64,000 nt of DNA. It comes from Alistipes sp. Lineage in GTDB: Bacteria; Bacteroidota; Bacteroidia; Bacteroidales; Rikenellaceae. Below are positions 28,065-38,173 of the stretch, piece by piece. The notes beneath the pieces are model-generated. The model had not been told where the DNA came from and made no database searches. It saw nothing but the letters and a program-made list of their open reading frames with translations. The stretch is from the NCBI GenBank assembly GCA_045659765.1, contig JAZRCN010000019.1, positions 12,775 through 76,774 of the forward strand. Direction: 5' to 3'. The stretch's first letter is position 1, and every line of letters begins with the position of its first letter. A program made the position numbers and the translations under genes.

Positions 28065-31025
28065 ATGAGAAAGTCTATTACAACCAATATAAAGAGATTT
28101 ATACTATTGCTGCTTGCGCCATTGTTCGCGGTACAAGCGGCGTTGGCCGCAGAGCCTATACCCTCCTATGTGCGCGACTCGGTGGGGGCGGTGCTTAGGC
28201 GCATGACACTACGCGAGGTGGCGGGTGGCTACGTGTCGATTAACTCGCTTAGTGTTCGCAGTGGCCGAACTATCGAGGTGAGGGCATCTAAGGAGCTGGC
28301 ATACTACCCATTCCGTGAGGAGAGCGTAAAGCGCTTCTACGACTCGGTACGTGTGGCACTCCCCGAGGCCTATCGTCGCCACACCATTCTCATCTATGCC
28401 GATGGAAAGCTTATCGACAAACTCGTGCCGCAGTATTACACATCGAAGATACGCGATGCGCGTTTTACAAACCTGAGCGATAGGGCGTTGGTACGTCGTG
28501 TGAGTCGTGTGTCGCAGCCCGATAGGGGTCTTGCTGGTCGCCATATAGCCTTGTGGCAGAGCCATGGCCGCTACTACGATTCGGAGAAGGAGGTGTGGAG
28601 GTGGCAACGCTCGCGCCTCTGGGAGACGGTCGAGGACCTATATACGCAGAGCTACGTGTTGCCCTACCTGCTGCCGATGCTGGAGAATGCTGGTGCTACG
28701 GTGCTGCTGCCACGTGAGCGTAGCCTACAGCGCGAGGAGCTTATCGCAGATAACGATCCCTACACCATCTGTGCTGGTCGCTACGAAGAGTCTGTCGAGG
28801 CTAAATATCGCTGGAAGAGTGAAGATTTGGGATTTGCGCAGATCTTGGATATATATCCTTCGGGGCATAATCCATTTACGGATGGTTCGGTGAGATATGT
28901 CGCAACAACTGAGCAACCTCGCGGTACGGCTACAGCAACGTGGGGTGGCGAGATAAAAAATGCGGGTATCTACACTGTCTACGTGAGTTACAAGAGTCTT
29001 AAACGCTCGGTGCGCGATGCGCGCTATAGGGTCTATGCCTCGGGTGGAGTGCACGAGATAGAGGTAAATCAGCAAATGGGAGGCTCGATGTGGGTGCCGC
29101 TCGGTGAGTTCTACTTCGAGGCTGGCGACTACGATAGGCTTGTAACGCTGGACAACTACTCCACGGAGGAGGGTGTTGTGGTGGCCGATGCCGTGAAGAT
29201 TGGCGGTGGCATGGGCAACGTCGAGCGAGCAGGTGAGACGAGTGGCTATCCACGCTACACGGAGGGTGCGCGCTATTGGTTGCAGTGGTCGGGCTTTGAC
29301 GAGGCGGTCTACGCTCCGAAGGGTGGCACGGACGACTACAAGGAGGATTATATGTCGCGCCCACACTGGATAAATGCCCTTATGGGAGGCTCGCAGCGAC
29401 TTAGCGACGAGGAGGGACGCTCTATTCCGTTGGATCTTGCTCTGGCCTTTCACTCGGATGCTGGCGTGCGCCTTAACGACGATGTTATAGGCACACTTGG
29501 CATATATTGTACGCAGGAGAATAAGGGGCGTTTCGAGGATAAAATCTCGCGTATGCGCTCTCGCGACCTGACAGATGTGATAATGACCCAGATTGTCGAC
29601 GATATACGCGCTCTGCATGAGCCTAATTGGACGCGACGCGGTATGTGGGATAGAGGCTACTACGAGGCACGTATGGGTGGCTGCCCAACGATGCTCTTAG
29701 AGTTGCTCTCGCACCAGAACTTCGCAGATATGCGCTATGGCCTCGACCCGTCGTTTCGTTTCGATGTTAGCCGTGCGATATACAAGGGCGTGCTACGCTT
29801 TCTGTCGAGTCAGTATGGCGTGGAGTATGTGGTGCAGCCACTCCCCGTAAACTCGTTTAGTGCGGAGCTTACCGAGGGTGGTGTGCGTCTTAGCTGGCAG
29901 CCTACCGAGGATAGGTTGGAGAGTACGGCTACGCCCGACTACTACATATTATATACGCGCACGGAGGGTGGAGGTTTCGATACGGGTGTTCGCGTTGAGG
30001 GTACAAGCGTCGAGGTTGAGTTGTCAAGCGACAAATTGTGTAGCTATCGCCTTACGGCTGTAAACCGTGGTGGCGAGAGCTTTCCCTCCGAGACACTCTC
30101 GGCTTGTAGGGTGAGCGCGGAGCGAGGCCGTGTGATGGTCGTCAATGGCTTTGATAGGGTGGCTGCACCCCTCAGTATTCAGGGTGACTCGATAGCTGGC
30201 TTTTATAACCGCTACGATAGCGGTGCGCCCTATATCCAAGATATAGCATTTATCGGCGAGCAGATTAACTTCGATCGTCGTCTGTCGCGCTCCGATAGTG
30301 ATAGCCATGCTCTCGGTCAGTCGTATAGCGACTACGAGGGCGAGATTATAGCGGGTAATACGTTTGATTACCCCGCTGTGCATGGTCGCTCGATTGTGCG
30401 TGCAGGCTATTCGTTCTGCTCCTCATCGCGCAGAGCTGTCGAGCAGGGCCGCGTATCGCTTGATGACTACGATATTGTCGATGTGATTATGGGTAAGCAG
30501 CGAACTACGGCTATTGGCCGTGGCGCTATGGGTTATCGCTACGAGGTCTTTGGCGAGGCTCTGGAGCGTGTGCTTGCCGATTATAGCGCTGCGGGAGGTG
30601 CGCTGCTTCTCTCGGGCTCGTATATGTTCGACGATTTGTGGCACTCGCCGCTGTCGGATAAGAAGTCGCGCGAGTTCGCTCGTGAGGTGCTTCATGCCGA
30701 GTTTGGTGGTGCTATGGCCTCAAGACGAGGTGTTGTGGAGGGCGTTGCAAAGCATTATGGCAGTCGCGAAAGAATCACTTTCAATATGACGCCATGCTCA
30801 GAGATATATTGTGTAGAATCCCCCGAGGTGCTATCTCCTACCAAGGATGCGGTTACAATCATGCGCTATGCGGGTAGTGGCTCCTCGGCAGCGGTGGCCT
30901 ATCGAGCAAAAGAGGGTGCTCAGTGCGCAAGTGTCGTGGTGATGGGCTTCCCGTTCGAGACGATACTCGATGAGGCGCAGCGCGATGGTGCAATGCAACA
31001 GATAATCGAAATTCTAACTAAATAA
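28065..31025 (+). CDS. Large secreted protein of the Bacteroidales 'xanthan lyase'-annotated family (amidase_3-like + golvesin-like + FN3)
   Basis: IALWQSHG, VEDL, VVADAVKIGGG, LAFHSDAG, LLELLSHQN, FN3 TAVNRGGESFPS. Confidence 0.7.
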   Translation: MRKSITTNIKRFILLLLAPLFAVQAALAAEPIPSYVRDSVGAVLRRMTLREVAGGYVSINSLSVRSGRTIEVRASKELAYYPFREESVKRFYDSVRVALPEAYRRHTILIYADGKLIDKLVPQYYTSKIRDARFTNLSDRALVRRVSRVSQPDRGLAGRHIALWQSHGRYYDSEKEVWRWQRSRLWETVEDLYTQSYVLPYLLPMLENAGATVLLPRERSLQREELIADNDPYTICAGRYEESVEAKYRWKSEDLGFAQILDIYPSGHNPFTDGSVRYVATTEQPRGTATATWGGEIKNAGIYTVYVSYKSLKRSVRDARYRVYASGGVHEIEVNQQMGGSMWVPLGEFYFEAGDYDRLVTLDNYSTEEGVVVADAVKIGGGMGNVERAGETSGYPRYTEGARYWLQWSGFDEAVYAPKGGTDDYKEDYMSRPHWINALMGGSQRLSDEEGRSIPLDLALAFHSDAGVRLNDDVIGTLGIYCTQENKGRFEDKISRMRSRDLTDVIMTQIVDDIRALHEPNWTRRGMWDRGYYEARMGGCPTMLLELLSHQNFADMRYGLDPSFRFDVSRAIYKGVLRFLSSQYGVEYVVQPLPVNSFSAELTEGGVRLSWQPTEDRLESTATPDYYILYTRTEGGGFDTGVRVEGTSVEVELSSDKLCSYRLTAVNRGGESFPSETLSACRVSAERGRVMVVNGFDRVAAPLSIQGDSIAGFYNRYDSGAPYIQDIAFIGEQINFDRRLSRSDSDSHALGQSYSDYEGEIIAGNTFDYPAVHGRSIVRAGYSFCSSSRRAVEQGRVSLDDYDIVDVIMGKQRTTAIGRGAMGYRYEVFGEALERVLADYSAAGGALLLSGSYMFDDLWHSPLSDKKSREFAREVLHAEFGGAMASRRGVVEGVAKHYGSRERITFNMTPCSEIYCVESPEVLSPTKDAVTIMRYAGSGSSAAVAYRAKEGAQCASVVVMGFPFETILDEAQRDGAMQQIIEILTK

Positions 31026-31035
31026 TTTGAGAAAA

Positions 31036-31935
31036 ATGGCTCTTTCACGTCATAACATAAAGACTGCGGCAATGCCCGCAGCAATGCTCTTGGGTATCGC
31101 TCTATGCCGACCTCTCGGTGTGGTTGAGGGTGCTACAAACGGAGTACTCACACCACTGCTTATTGCTGCGATGTTGTTCCTTACGTTTTGCAAGGTCGAG
31201 ATTCGTAATATGCGTCTTAGCTGGATTCATCTATGGATGCTTGCCGTGCAGTTCCTCGGCTCTATTGCGGTCTACTACCTTGTTACGCCACTATTTGGCG
31301 AGGTTGTGGGTCAGGGTGCGATGATATGTGTGCTTGCGCCTATCGCTATGGCTGCGGTAGTTATCGGTGGCATGCTCGGAGCAAATGTTACGACGATGGT
31401 CACCTATAGCCTCGTATGCAACCTTGTTACTGCTCTGCTTGCACCACCATTGCTGCATCTCTTTGGCAATGGAACATGTACGTTTATGGGTATCATCGGT
31501 CGTGTGGCTCCGACGCTTATTGCACCGTTTGTTGTGGCGCAGCTCTGTCGTCTGCTATGGCCCAAGGGTGCAGCGTGGTTTGCGAAGCGAGGTGGCTTGT
31601 CGTTCTCGATATGGCTTGTGTCATTGATATTGGTTATGGGACGCACTACCATATTCATATTAGAGGCCGATGCCTCGTTGCTTGTCGAGGTGGAGTTGGC
31701 CGTTGTGGCCCTTATCCTCTGCTTGACGCAGTTCCGCATAGGTCGCATCCTGGGCGATATGGCGGGTGATCGCGCCGCAGGTACACAGTCGGTAGGTCAG
31801 AAAAATACGATTTTGGCAGTGTGGCTGTCGCTAAACTTCCTTGACCCAATAGCCTCGATAGCTCCGACGGCATATATCGTATGGCAGAATCTTGTCAATA
31901 GCTTGCAGATATACCGCAGTGGCAGACAGAAGTAG
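31036..31935 (+). CDS. Bile acid:sodium symporter (BASS)-family transporter
   Basis: About 9-10 TM helices; AMLFLTF, LAP-x-A, GQKNT, YIVWQN motifs. Confidence 0.7.
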   Translation: MALSRHNIKTAAMPAAMLLGIALCRPLGVVEGATNGVLTPLLIAAMLFLTFCKVEIRNMRLSWIHLWMLAVQFLGSIAVYYLVTPLFGEVVGQGAMICVLAPIAMAAVVIGGMLGANVTTMVTYSLVCNLVTALLAPPLLHLFGNGTCTFMGIIGRVAPTLIAPFVVAQLCRLLWPKGAAWFAKRGGLSFSIWLVSLILVMGRTTIFILEADASLLVEVELAVVALILCLTQFRIGRILGDMAGDRAAGTQSVGQKNTILAVWLSLNFLDPIASIAPTAYIVWQNLVNSLQIYRSGRQK

Positions 31936-32021
31936 TCGTTGGGGTGTCAAAATGTCAGTATGTATGACAGAAGGTGTCGCGCATTGCCATAATGTGTGAC
32001 ACTTTTCTGTTATTTTTTTGT

Positions 32022-32038
32022 TTGGTACACCATTTGCC
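32022..32038 (+). promoter_or_regulatory. Sigma-54-type -24/-12 promoter upstream of dnaK
   Basis: TTGGTAC-ACCAT-TTGC matches TGGCAC-N5-TTGC with exact spacing. Confidence 0.6.
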
Positions 32039-32121
32039 TTAGTGATGGTCGTTGGCTCCGATGGGGCGACAAACGTGTAAATAAGAAGTATATAATATTT
32101 AACAAATAACAGACTAAGATT

Positions 32122-34014
32122 ATGAGTAAGATTATTGGTATTGACTTGGGTACAACAAACTCTTGTGTAGCCGTAATGGAGGGTAACGAGCCCGTAGTAA
32201 TCCCTAACGCTGAGGGCCACCGCACAACACCTTCAGTTGTAGCATTCACCGAGGGTGGCGAGCGTAAGGTGGGCGATCCTGCAAAGCGTCAGGCTATCAC
32301 CAACCCTAAGCGTACGGTATTCTCAATTAAGCGCTTCATGGGTGAGCGTTACGACAACGTAGCATCGGACATCGCACGTGCTCCCTATTCAATCATCAAG
32401 GGGGAGAACAACACTCCTCGTGTAGATATCGACGGTCGTCAGTACACTCCTCAGGAGATCTCGGCTATCACGCTTCAGAAGATGAAGAAGACGGCTGAGG
32501 ACTACCTCGGTCAGGAGGTTACAGAGGCGGTTATCACCGTTCCTGCATACTTCTCTGATTCACAGCGTCAGGCAACTAAGGAGGCAGGTGAGATCGCAGG
32601 TCTTAAGGTGCGTCGTATCATCAACGAGCCTACAGCAGCCGCTTTGGCATACGGCCTTGACAAGAAGCAGGACGATATGAAGATTGCGGTATATGACCTT
32701 GGTGGTGGTACCTTCGATATCTCAATCTTGGAGCTTGGCGACGGCGTATTCGAGGTAAAGTCTACAAATGGTGATACACACCTCGGTGGTGACGACTTCG
32801 ACCACGTACTTATCGACTACATGGCCGAGGCGTTCAAGGCTGAGCACGGTATCGACCTTCGTCTTGATCCTATGGCTTTGCAGCGCCTTAAGGAGGCTGC
32901 CGAGAAGGCAAAGATCGAGCTTTCGTCAGCAACAACTACCGATATCAACCTTCCATACATCATGCCTGTTAATGGCATTCCTCAGCACCTTGTGATGTCG
33001 CTCACACGTGCTAAGTTCGAGCAGCTTTGCGACCACCTCGTGCAGAAGACTATCGAGCCATGCCGCATAGCATTGCGCGATGCAGGTCTTCAGGCAAGCC
33101 AGATCGACGAGGTTATCCTCGTAGGTGGTTCAACACGTATCCCTGCAATCCAGAAGATCGTTGAGGAGTTCTTCGGTAAGACTCCTAACCGCTCGGTAAA
33201 CCCCGATGAGGTAGTAGCCGTAGGTGCTGCAATTCAGGGTGGTGTCCTCACAGGTGAGGTTAAGGATGTCCTCCTTTTGGACGTAACTCCACTTTCACTC
33301 GGTATCGAGACTCTTGGTGGTGTATTCACAAAGCTTATCGAGGCTAACACAACAATCCCTACACGCAAGAGCGAGGTATTCTCTACAGCTGCCGACAACC
33401 AGCCTTCAGTAGAGATCAACGTATGCCAGGGTGAGCGTCCTATGGCTCGCGACAATAAGTCTATCGGTCGCTTCCACCTCGACGGTATCCCAGCAGCTCC
33501 ACGTGGTGTGCCACAGATCGAGGTTACGTTCGATATCGACGCTAACGGTATCCTCAACGTATCGGCTAAGGATAAGGGTACTGGCAAGGAGCAGAAGATT
33601 CGTATCGAGGCTTCAAGCGGTCTTACCGAGCAGGAGATCCAGCGTATGCGCGATGAGGCTAAGGCTAACGAGGAGAAGGATAAGGCAGAGAAGGAGCGCG
33701 TAGACAAGGTGAACGCTGCCGACTCTAACATCTTCGCAACTGAGAAGCAGCTCAAGGAGTATGGCGACAAGCTTCCAGCAGACAAGAAGGCAGCTATCGA
33801 GGATGCTCTCGGCAAGCTTAAGGAGGCTCACAAGGCTCAGGATCTCGCAGCTATCGACTCATCTATCGAGGCTCTTAACGCTGCATGGCAGGCAGCATCT
33901 CAGGATATCTACGCACAGCAGCAGGCACAGCAGGCTCAGGGCACACAGGGTCAGCCAGGTGCAGAGCAGCAGCAGGCGCAGCCTGAGGATGTAGAGTTTG
34001 AGGAGGTAAAGTAA
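32122..34014 (+). CDS. dnaK: Chaperone DnaK (Hsp70)
   Basis: [32 protein letters not shown]. Confidence 0.98.
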   Translation: MSKIIGIDLGTTNSCVAVMEGNEPVVIPNAEGHRTTPSVVAFTEGGERKVGDPAKRQAITNPKRTVFSIKRFMGERYDNVASDIARAPYSIIKGENNTPRVDIDGRQYTPQEISAITLQKMKKTAEDYLGQEVTEAVITVPAYFSDSQRQATKEAGEIAGLKVRRIINEPTAAALAYGLDKKQDDMKIAVYDLGGGTFDISILELGDGVFEVKSTNGDTHLGGDDFDHVLIDYMAEAFKAEHGIDLRLDPMALQRLKEAAEKAKIELSSATTTDINLPYIMPVNGIPQHLVMSLTRAKFEQLCDHLVQKTIEPCRIALRDAGLQASQIDEVILVGGSTRIPAIQKIVEEFFGKTPNRSVNPDEVVAVGAAIQGGVLTGEVKDVLLLDVTPLSLGIETLGGVFTKLIEANTTIPTRKSEVFSTAADNQPSVEINVCQGERPMARDNKSIGRFHLDGIPAAPRGVPQIEVTFDIDANGILNVSAKDKGTGKEQKIRIEASSGLTEQEIQRMRDEAKANEEKDKAEKERVDKVNAADSNIFATEKQLKEYGDKLPADKKAAIEDALGKLKEAHKAQDLAAIDSSIEALNAAWQAASQDIYAQQQAQQAQGTQGQPGAEQQQAQPEDVEFEEVK

Positions 34015-34139
34015 ATTTCTCGTGATAAGGGGTCATCTTTGACTCTTCAATCAAAATGGCGAATGGGAAATACGTCAAGTATGTCCCATCCGCCATTTCT
34101 CATGTCATAGCCAAATCTGACCCCTTCTGACAAGAAATT
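34013..34139. repeat. ERIC-like hairpin element, subfamily A
   Basis: AATTTCTCGTGATAAGGGGTCA...TGACCCCTTCTGACAAGAAATT; near-identical to 42924-43051. Confidence 0.9.
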
Positions 34140-34530
34140 GGGTGCTTGGGTAGGGTGTTGCTGCGTTGTCGCTTGACGCTGAGTTATTGGGGTGTGTGAG
34201 GGCGGGCTAAAGCCCTTTTGAGGGCGCAAGCAGAGCTTGCTTTTGGGGTGCTTCGCGTTTAGCTATGTTGCGCTCTTGCGTTCGTTGCGCGTGAATGTCA
34301 TGCTGAGCGAAGTCGAAGCATCTCCTCAAAATCGACAAGTGGCTACGTATAAAATAAAACGCTCATAGCACATTGTCGCGTAGGAGATCCCTCGGCTACG
34401 CTCGGGATGACCCTTCAGAAGCGGCGTTCCCCATAAGCACCGTCAGGTGCGCTCCCCAAGAGTGCCGCAGGCACGCCCCCCAAGAGCAAGCTTTAGCTTG
34501 CGCCCCTAAAAGCGTAGCGCCCCCATTAGG
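34140..34530. repeat. Composite nested-palindrome repeat with central GTCAT/ATCT REP-like doublet (copy 1)
   Basis: Aligns with 43052-43455; REP arms at 34296-34326 and 34382-34411; outer arms GGGCGCAAGC..GCTTGC / GCAAGC..GCTTGCGCCC. Confidence 0.9.
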
Positions 34531-34570
34531 AGCGTAGTCCCTGCTCATCCTCCCAGCGCTCTATACAAAC

Positions 34571-34600
34571 AAAAATGCCGCATCGCTGCGGCACTATCTT
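34571..34600. terminator. Terminator for plsY (and possibly the dnaK read-through)
   Basis: AAAAATGCCGCA-tcgc-TGCGGCA. Confidence 0.6.
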
Positions 34601-35301
34601 TACTGCTTCTTCTTCTCTTGATCCTCCGGCTTGAGCCACAGATAGATCTTCGACTCCTCGCCATCTCGCAGTCGGCGGATGTTCTTGCGGTGCGTAATGA
34701 TAAGCATTATCGCAACGAACCACGAGAAGACGATAAACGGAATACTAACCAACGCCTCAGCAGGGTTGTACGTCATAGTCGAAAATATCATAACGAAGAT
34801 AGGGTAGCAGCAACCCGCAACGATTGATGCCAACGACACATAGTTCCAGATAGCAAATACCATAGACCATACACCAAAGCAGAGCAATACGATAGGAGGG
34901 AAGATACCCGTACCTGCGCCAAGAAGTGTTGCTACGCCCTTGCCGCCCTTGAATCCTGCAAAGATAGGGAAGATATGGCCGAGGACAACGGCAAACGTAG
35001 CGATGATGCGTAGGTTGATAAGCCAGCCCTCGCTAACCGAGTCGTCGTAGCGCATAAGTGAGGTGAGCATAACGGCACCGAAACCCTTGAAATAGTCGAT
35101 GATAAATACGGGTATTGCAGCGCGTTTGCCCAATACGCGGAGCATATTTGTAGTGCCAGCATTCTTGCTACCATGCTCGCGAATATCTATGCCATAATAT
35201 TTCTTGCCGATAAGTACTGCACTTGGAATAGAACCAAGCAGATAGGCGATAATGATGAGTGTTATCGCACAATAGTACGTAAGTACGCCCCAATTCTCCA
35301 T
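34600..35301 (-). CDS. plsY: Glycerol-3-phosphate acyltransferase PlsY
   Basis: YLLGSIP, GSKNAGTTN, GHIFP, FKGGKGVAT, HRKNI. Confidence 0.95.
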   Translation of the reverse strand: MENWGVLTYYCAITLIIIAYLLGSIPSAVLIGKKYYGIDIREHGSKNAGTTNMLRVLGKRAAIPVFIIDYFKGFGAVMLTSLMRYDDSVSEGWLINLRIIATFAVVLGHIFPIFAGFKGGKGVATLLGAGTGIFPPIVLLCFGVWSMVFAIWNYVSLASIVAGCCYPIFVMIFSTMTYNPAEALVSIPFIVFSWFVAIMLIITHRKNIRRLRDGEESKIYLWLKPEDQEKKKQ

Positions 35302-35526
35302 AAAAGTAGGTTAAGTTCGTGTTATTCAGTGTGTTAATGTGCATGTGTGTGTTGCACGATAACACAAAGGTACAAAAAAAAGCGCAATACCCAAATTTTC
35401 GCGCATCTTGTTAGTGTGCTATTGGTCGACTAATATGCAAAAAAAGGGTGACGAGGGTTGCAATTTTGTAAAAAATACCTAACTTTGATATAGAAAAGTT
35501 GAATAAAAAGACAATTTTGCATATTT

Positions 35527-36546
35527 ATGAAACTACAACTAAACTTCGCTGGCATGACTCAGTCTGCCAAAAACTCGCTGACTGACTCGTCGTGGTGGTC
35601 GTCAATGGGACAGATTGTTTTGGGCTGTCTTATGGTAGCCATCGCATTCGTGGTATTTATCAATCCCTACGACCTTGTGCCTGGAGGTATCTATGGTTTG
35701 GCGCTTGTGCTCCACAACCTCTTCCCCTCAATTCAGGTAGGTACATTCGGCTATATGTTCGATGTGCCCTTGATTCTCACCGCCTTGCTTATCTTTGGCG
35801 GTACGTTTGGTGGTCGCACGATCTTTGCATCGTTCGTAACACCTGGTCTTATGAACTTGCTCGACTACTTGGTATATCCCAGCAAGGAGGCTATCGAGGC
35901 TCTCGATCCTGCGTTGCTTATGGGTGGCATTGTAGATTTGTCTAACCACCTCATGCTCGCAGCTATCGTTGGTGGTTGCTTCAGTGGTGTGGGTGTAGGT
36001 ATCGTTATCCGCAACAACGCTGCTACGGGTGGTACAGATATTACAGGTATGCTTCTTCACCGCTTCGCTAAGATGAAGTTCGCTAACGGCGTATTGCTCT
36101 CAGATGCAATCATCGTGTTGTGCGGTCTTTTGGTTATCGGTTTCGGTTTGGGTCTTCCCGAGGGTAAGGAGGCGCAGGGTCTTATGCTCTCGCTCTACTC
36201 GGGTGTATGTATCTTCGTAAATGCCAAGGTATTGGGCTACACTATCGACGGTGCATCGCGCGATAAGCTTCTCTATATTATCTGCGAGGAGCACTCTGAG
36301 GCGATGCGTGAGTACATCCTTAAGGATCTCGACCGTGGTGGTACCTACCTCAAGGCTAAGGGTATGTACACCAACAACGAGAAGGAGATGATCTTCCTTG
36401 TGGTTAGCCGTAAGGAGGTTCGCAACGTACAGCACAAGATTAAGGAGTTTGATCCTCGTGCATTCGTTGTTGTTACCGATGCATACGACACCTTTGGTCA
36501 GGGCTTCAAGCCATTCCCACAGGATGACGGCATGCCCGTAGAGTAG
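35527..36546 (+). CDS. YitT family membrane protein
   Basis: PGGIYG, TGGTDI, C-terminal DUF2179 (RGGT..G.Y..DP.AF). Confidence 0.9.
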   Translation: MKLQLNFAGMTQSAKNSLTDSSWWSSMGQIVLGCLMVAIAFVVFINPYDLVPGGIYGLALVLHNLFPSIQVGTFGYMFDVPLILTALLIFGGTFGGRTIFASFVTPGLMNLLDYLVYPSKEAIEALDPALLMGGIVDLSNHLMLAAIVGGCFSGVGVGIVIRNNAATGGTDITGMLLHRFAKMKFANGVLLSDAIIVLCGLLVIGFGLGLPEGKEAQGLMLSLYSGVCIFVNAKVLGYTIDGASRDKLLYIICEEHSEAMREYILKDLDRGGTYLKAKGMYTNNEKEMIFLVVSRKEVRNVQHKIKEFDPRAFVVVTDAYDTFGQGFKPFPQDDGMPVE

Positions 36547-36580
36547 TGCTATATTGTATATAAGGTATAATAGATACTAA

Positions 36581-37942
36581 ATGAATACAAGAATTGATGT
36601 AAACCGCTTGCGACCACTCACTGGTAGTGGTCGCAAGCTATATATCGAGACCTATGGTTGCCAGATGAATGTTGGCGACTCGGAGATCGTGGTCTCTATC
36701 ATGCAGCAGGAGGGTTTCCGCTATACCGAGAGTCTGGAGGAAGCCGATGTGGTGCTTATCAACACATGTTCTATTCGTGATAATGCCGAGCAGCGCATCT
36801 GGGGTCGATTGAGCGAGATGCGTCGTATGCGTAAGCAGAAGCCATCACTCGTTATCGGTATCATCGGCTGTATGGCCGAGCGTCTGAAGGAGGAGCTCAC
36901 AAAGGGTGGCACGGGTGTAGATATCGTTGCTGGCCCCGACTCTTATCGTGATTTGCCACGCTTGGTGCGCGAGGTGGACAATGGTTCGACGGGCGTTAAT
37001 GTGGAGCTTTCGAAGGAGGAGACCTATGCCGAGATTGCACCAGTGCGTCTTGACCGCAATGGCGTGAGTGCCTTTATCGCCATTATGCGTGGTTGCAACA
37101 ACTACTGTTCATACTGCGTTGTGCCCTACACACGAGGTATCGAGCGTAGCCGCGATGCTGCGACTATCGTGTCGGAGGCTCGTACGTTGTTTGAGAATGG
37201 CTACCGTGAGGTAACGCTTCTTGGTCAGAACGTAAACTCATACCGTACGGGTGATGTCGATTTTCCGGAGTTGTTGAAACTCGTTGCCGAGATCTCTCCG
37301 CTGTTGCGCGTGCGTTTTGCGACGTCACACCCTAAGGATATCAGCGATAAGTTGCTCGAGACGATGGCTTCGATGCCCAATATTTGTCGTGCTATTCATC
37401 TTCCTGCGCAGTCAGGAAGTACGGAGATGCTCAAGCGTATGAACCGTAAGTACACGCGTGAGTGGTACTTGGAGCGCGTAGCAGCTATCCGTCGCTATAT
37501 GCCCGATTGTGCCATTACGACAGACCTTATCGCGGGCTTTGCTCACGAGACCGAGGAGGAGCACGAGGCTACACTCTCGCTTATGCGTGAGGTGGGCTAC
37601 GACTTTGCCTATATGTTCAAATATTCGGAGCGTCCAGGTACCTTCGCACAGCGAAATTTGGGTGACGATGTCCCCGAGGATGTTAAGACACGTCGTCTAA
37701 CCGAGATTATCGACTTGCAGAATCACCTCTCGGAGGAGAGCAACAAGCGCGATATCGGCAAGGAGTTCGAGATCTTGGTGGAGTGCACGTCGAAGCGTAG
37801 CGATGAGCAGCTTTCGGGCCGTACATCGCAGAACAAGATGGTCGTATTTGATCGTGGTGACCACAAGGTGGGCGACTATGTTAAGGTGCGCATCACGGGT
37901 TGTTCGTCAGCAACACTCTTTGGTCAGGAGGTCTTCGAATAA
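36581..37942 (+). CDS. miaB: tRNA-2-methylthio-N6-dimethylallyladenosine synthase
   Basis: TYGCQMN, NTCSIR, GCMA, CNNYCSYC radical-SAM motif, TRAM domain. Confidence 0.96.
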   Translation: MNTRIDVNRLRPLTGSGRKLYIETYGCQMNVGDSEIVVSIMQQEGFRYTESLEEADVVLINTCSIRDNAEQRIWGRLSEMRRMRKQKPSLVIGIIGCMAERLKEELTKGGTGVDIVAGPDSYRDLPRLVREVDNGSTGVNVELSKEETYAEIAPVRLDRNGVSAFIAIMRGCNNYCSYCVVPYTRGIERSRDAATIVSEARTLFENGYREVTLLGQNVNSYRTGDVDFPELLKLVAEISPLLRVRFATSHPKDISDKLLETMASMPNICRAIHLPAQSGSTEMLKRMNRKYTREWYLERVAAIRRYMPDCAITTDLIAGFAHETEEEHEATLSLMREVGYDFAYMFKYSERPGTFAQRNLGDDVPEDVKTRRLTEIIDLQNHLSEESNKRDIGKEFEILVECTSKRSDEQLSGRTSQNKMVVFDRGDHKVGDYVKVRITGCSSATLFGQEVFE

Positions 37943-38082
37943 GCGAGCTTTGACCCTATACACAAGCGGGAAGCCAATCTTTACCTCGGGTAAAATGCGG
38001 TTTTCCACTTTTTGTATGCCTACCATTCCTTCGCGTGCATAAACCCCTCACTCTTCTGTTTATAGTTAATTCACGCTCGCTA
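37940..38082. repeat. ~143-bp structured element starting at the miaB stop (ERIC-like superfamily candidate)
   Basis: AGCGAGC...GCTCGCT ends; inner stem GGAAGCC..TTTAC-ctcgg-GTAAA..GGTTTTCC. Confidence 0.55.
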
Positions 38083-38173
38083 TATAAAACGCCGTGCGAG
38101 AATCTCTCGACTCCCGCACGACCCCTTCATACTTATTTATACTATTTGCTGTACTAACTTTTGCTACCTCCTA

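Noticed and set aside
33234-33815. 193-aa ORF antisense to dnaK
   Set aside because: Antisense open frames opposite dnaK are a known by-product of codon usage; no independent motifs or start signals
34047-34229. Small ORFs in the composite repeats (34047-34229, 42958-43197, 43049-43258, 43055-43279) and 47213-47470
   Set aside because: Translations of palindromic repeat DNA; the frames are not preserved between the two copies
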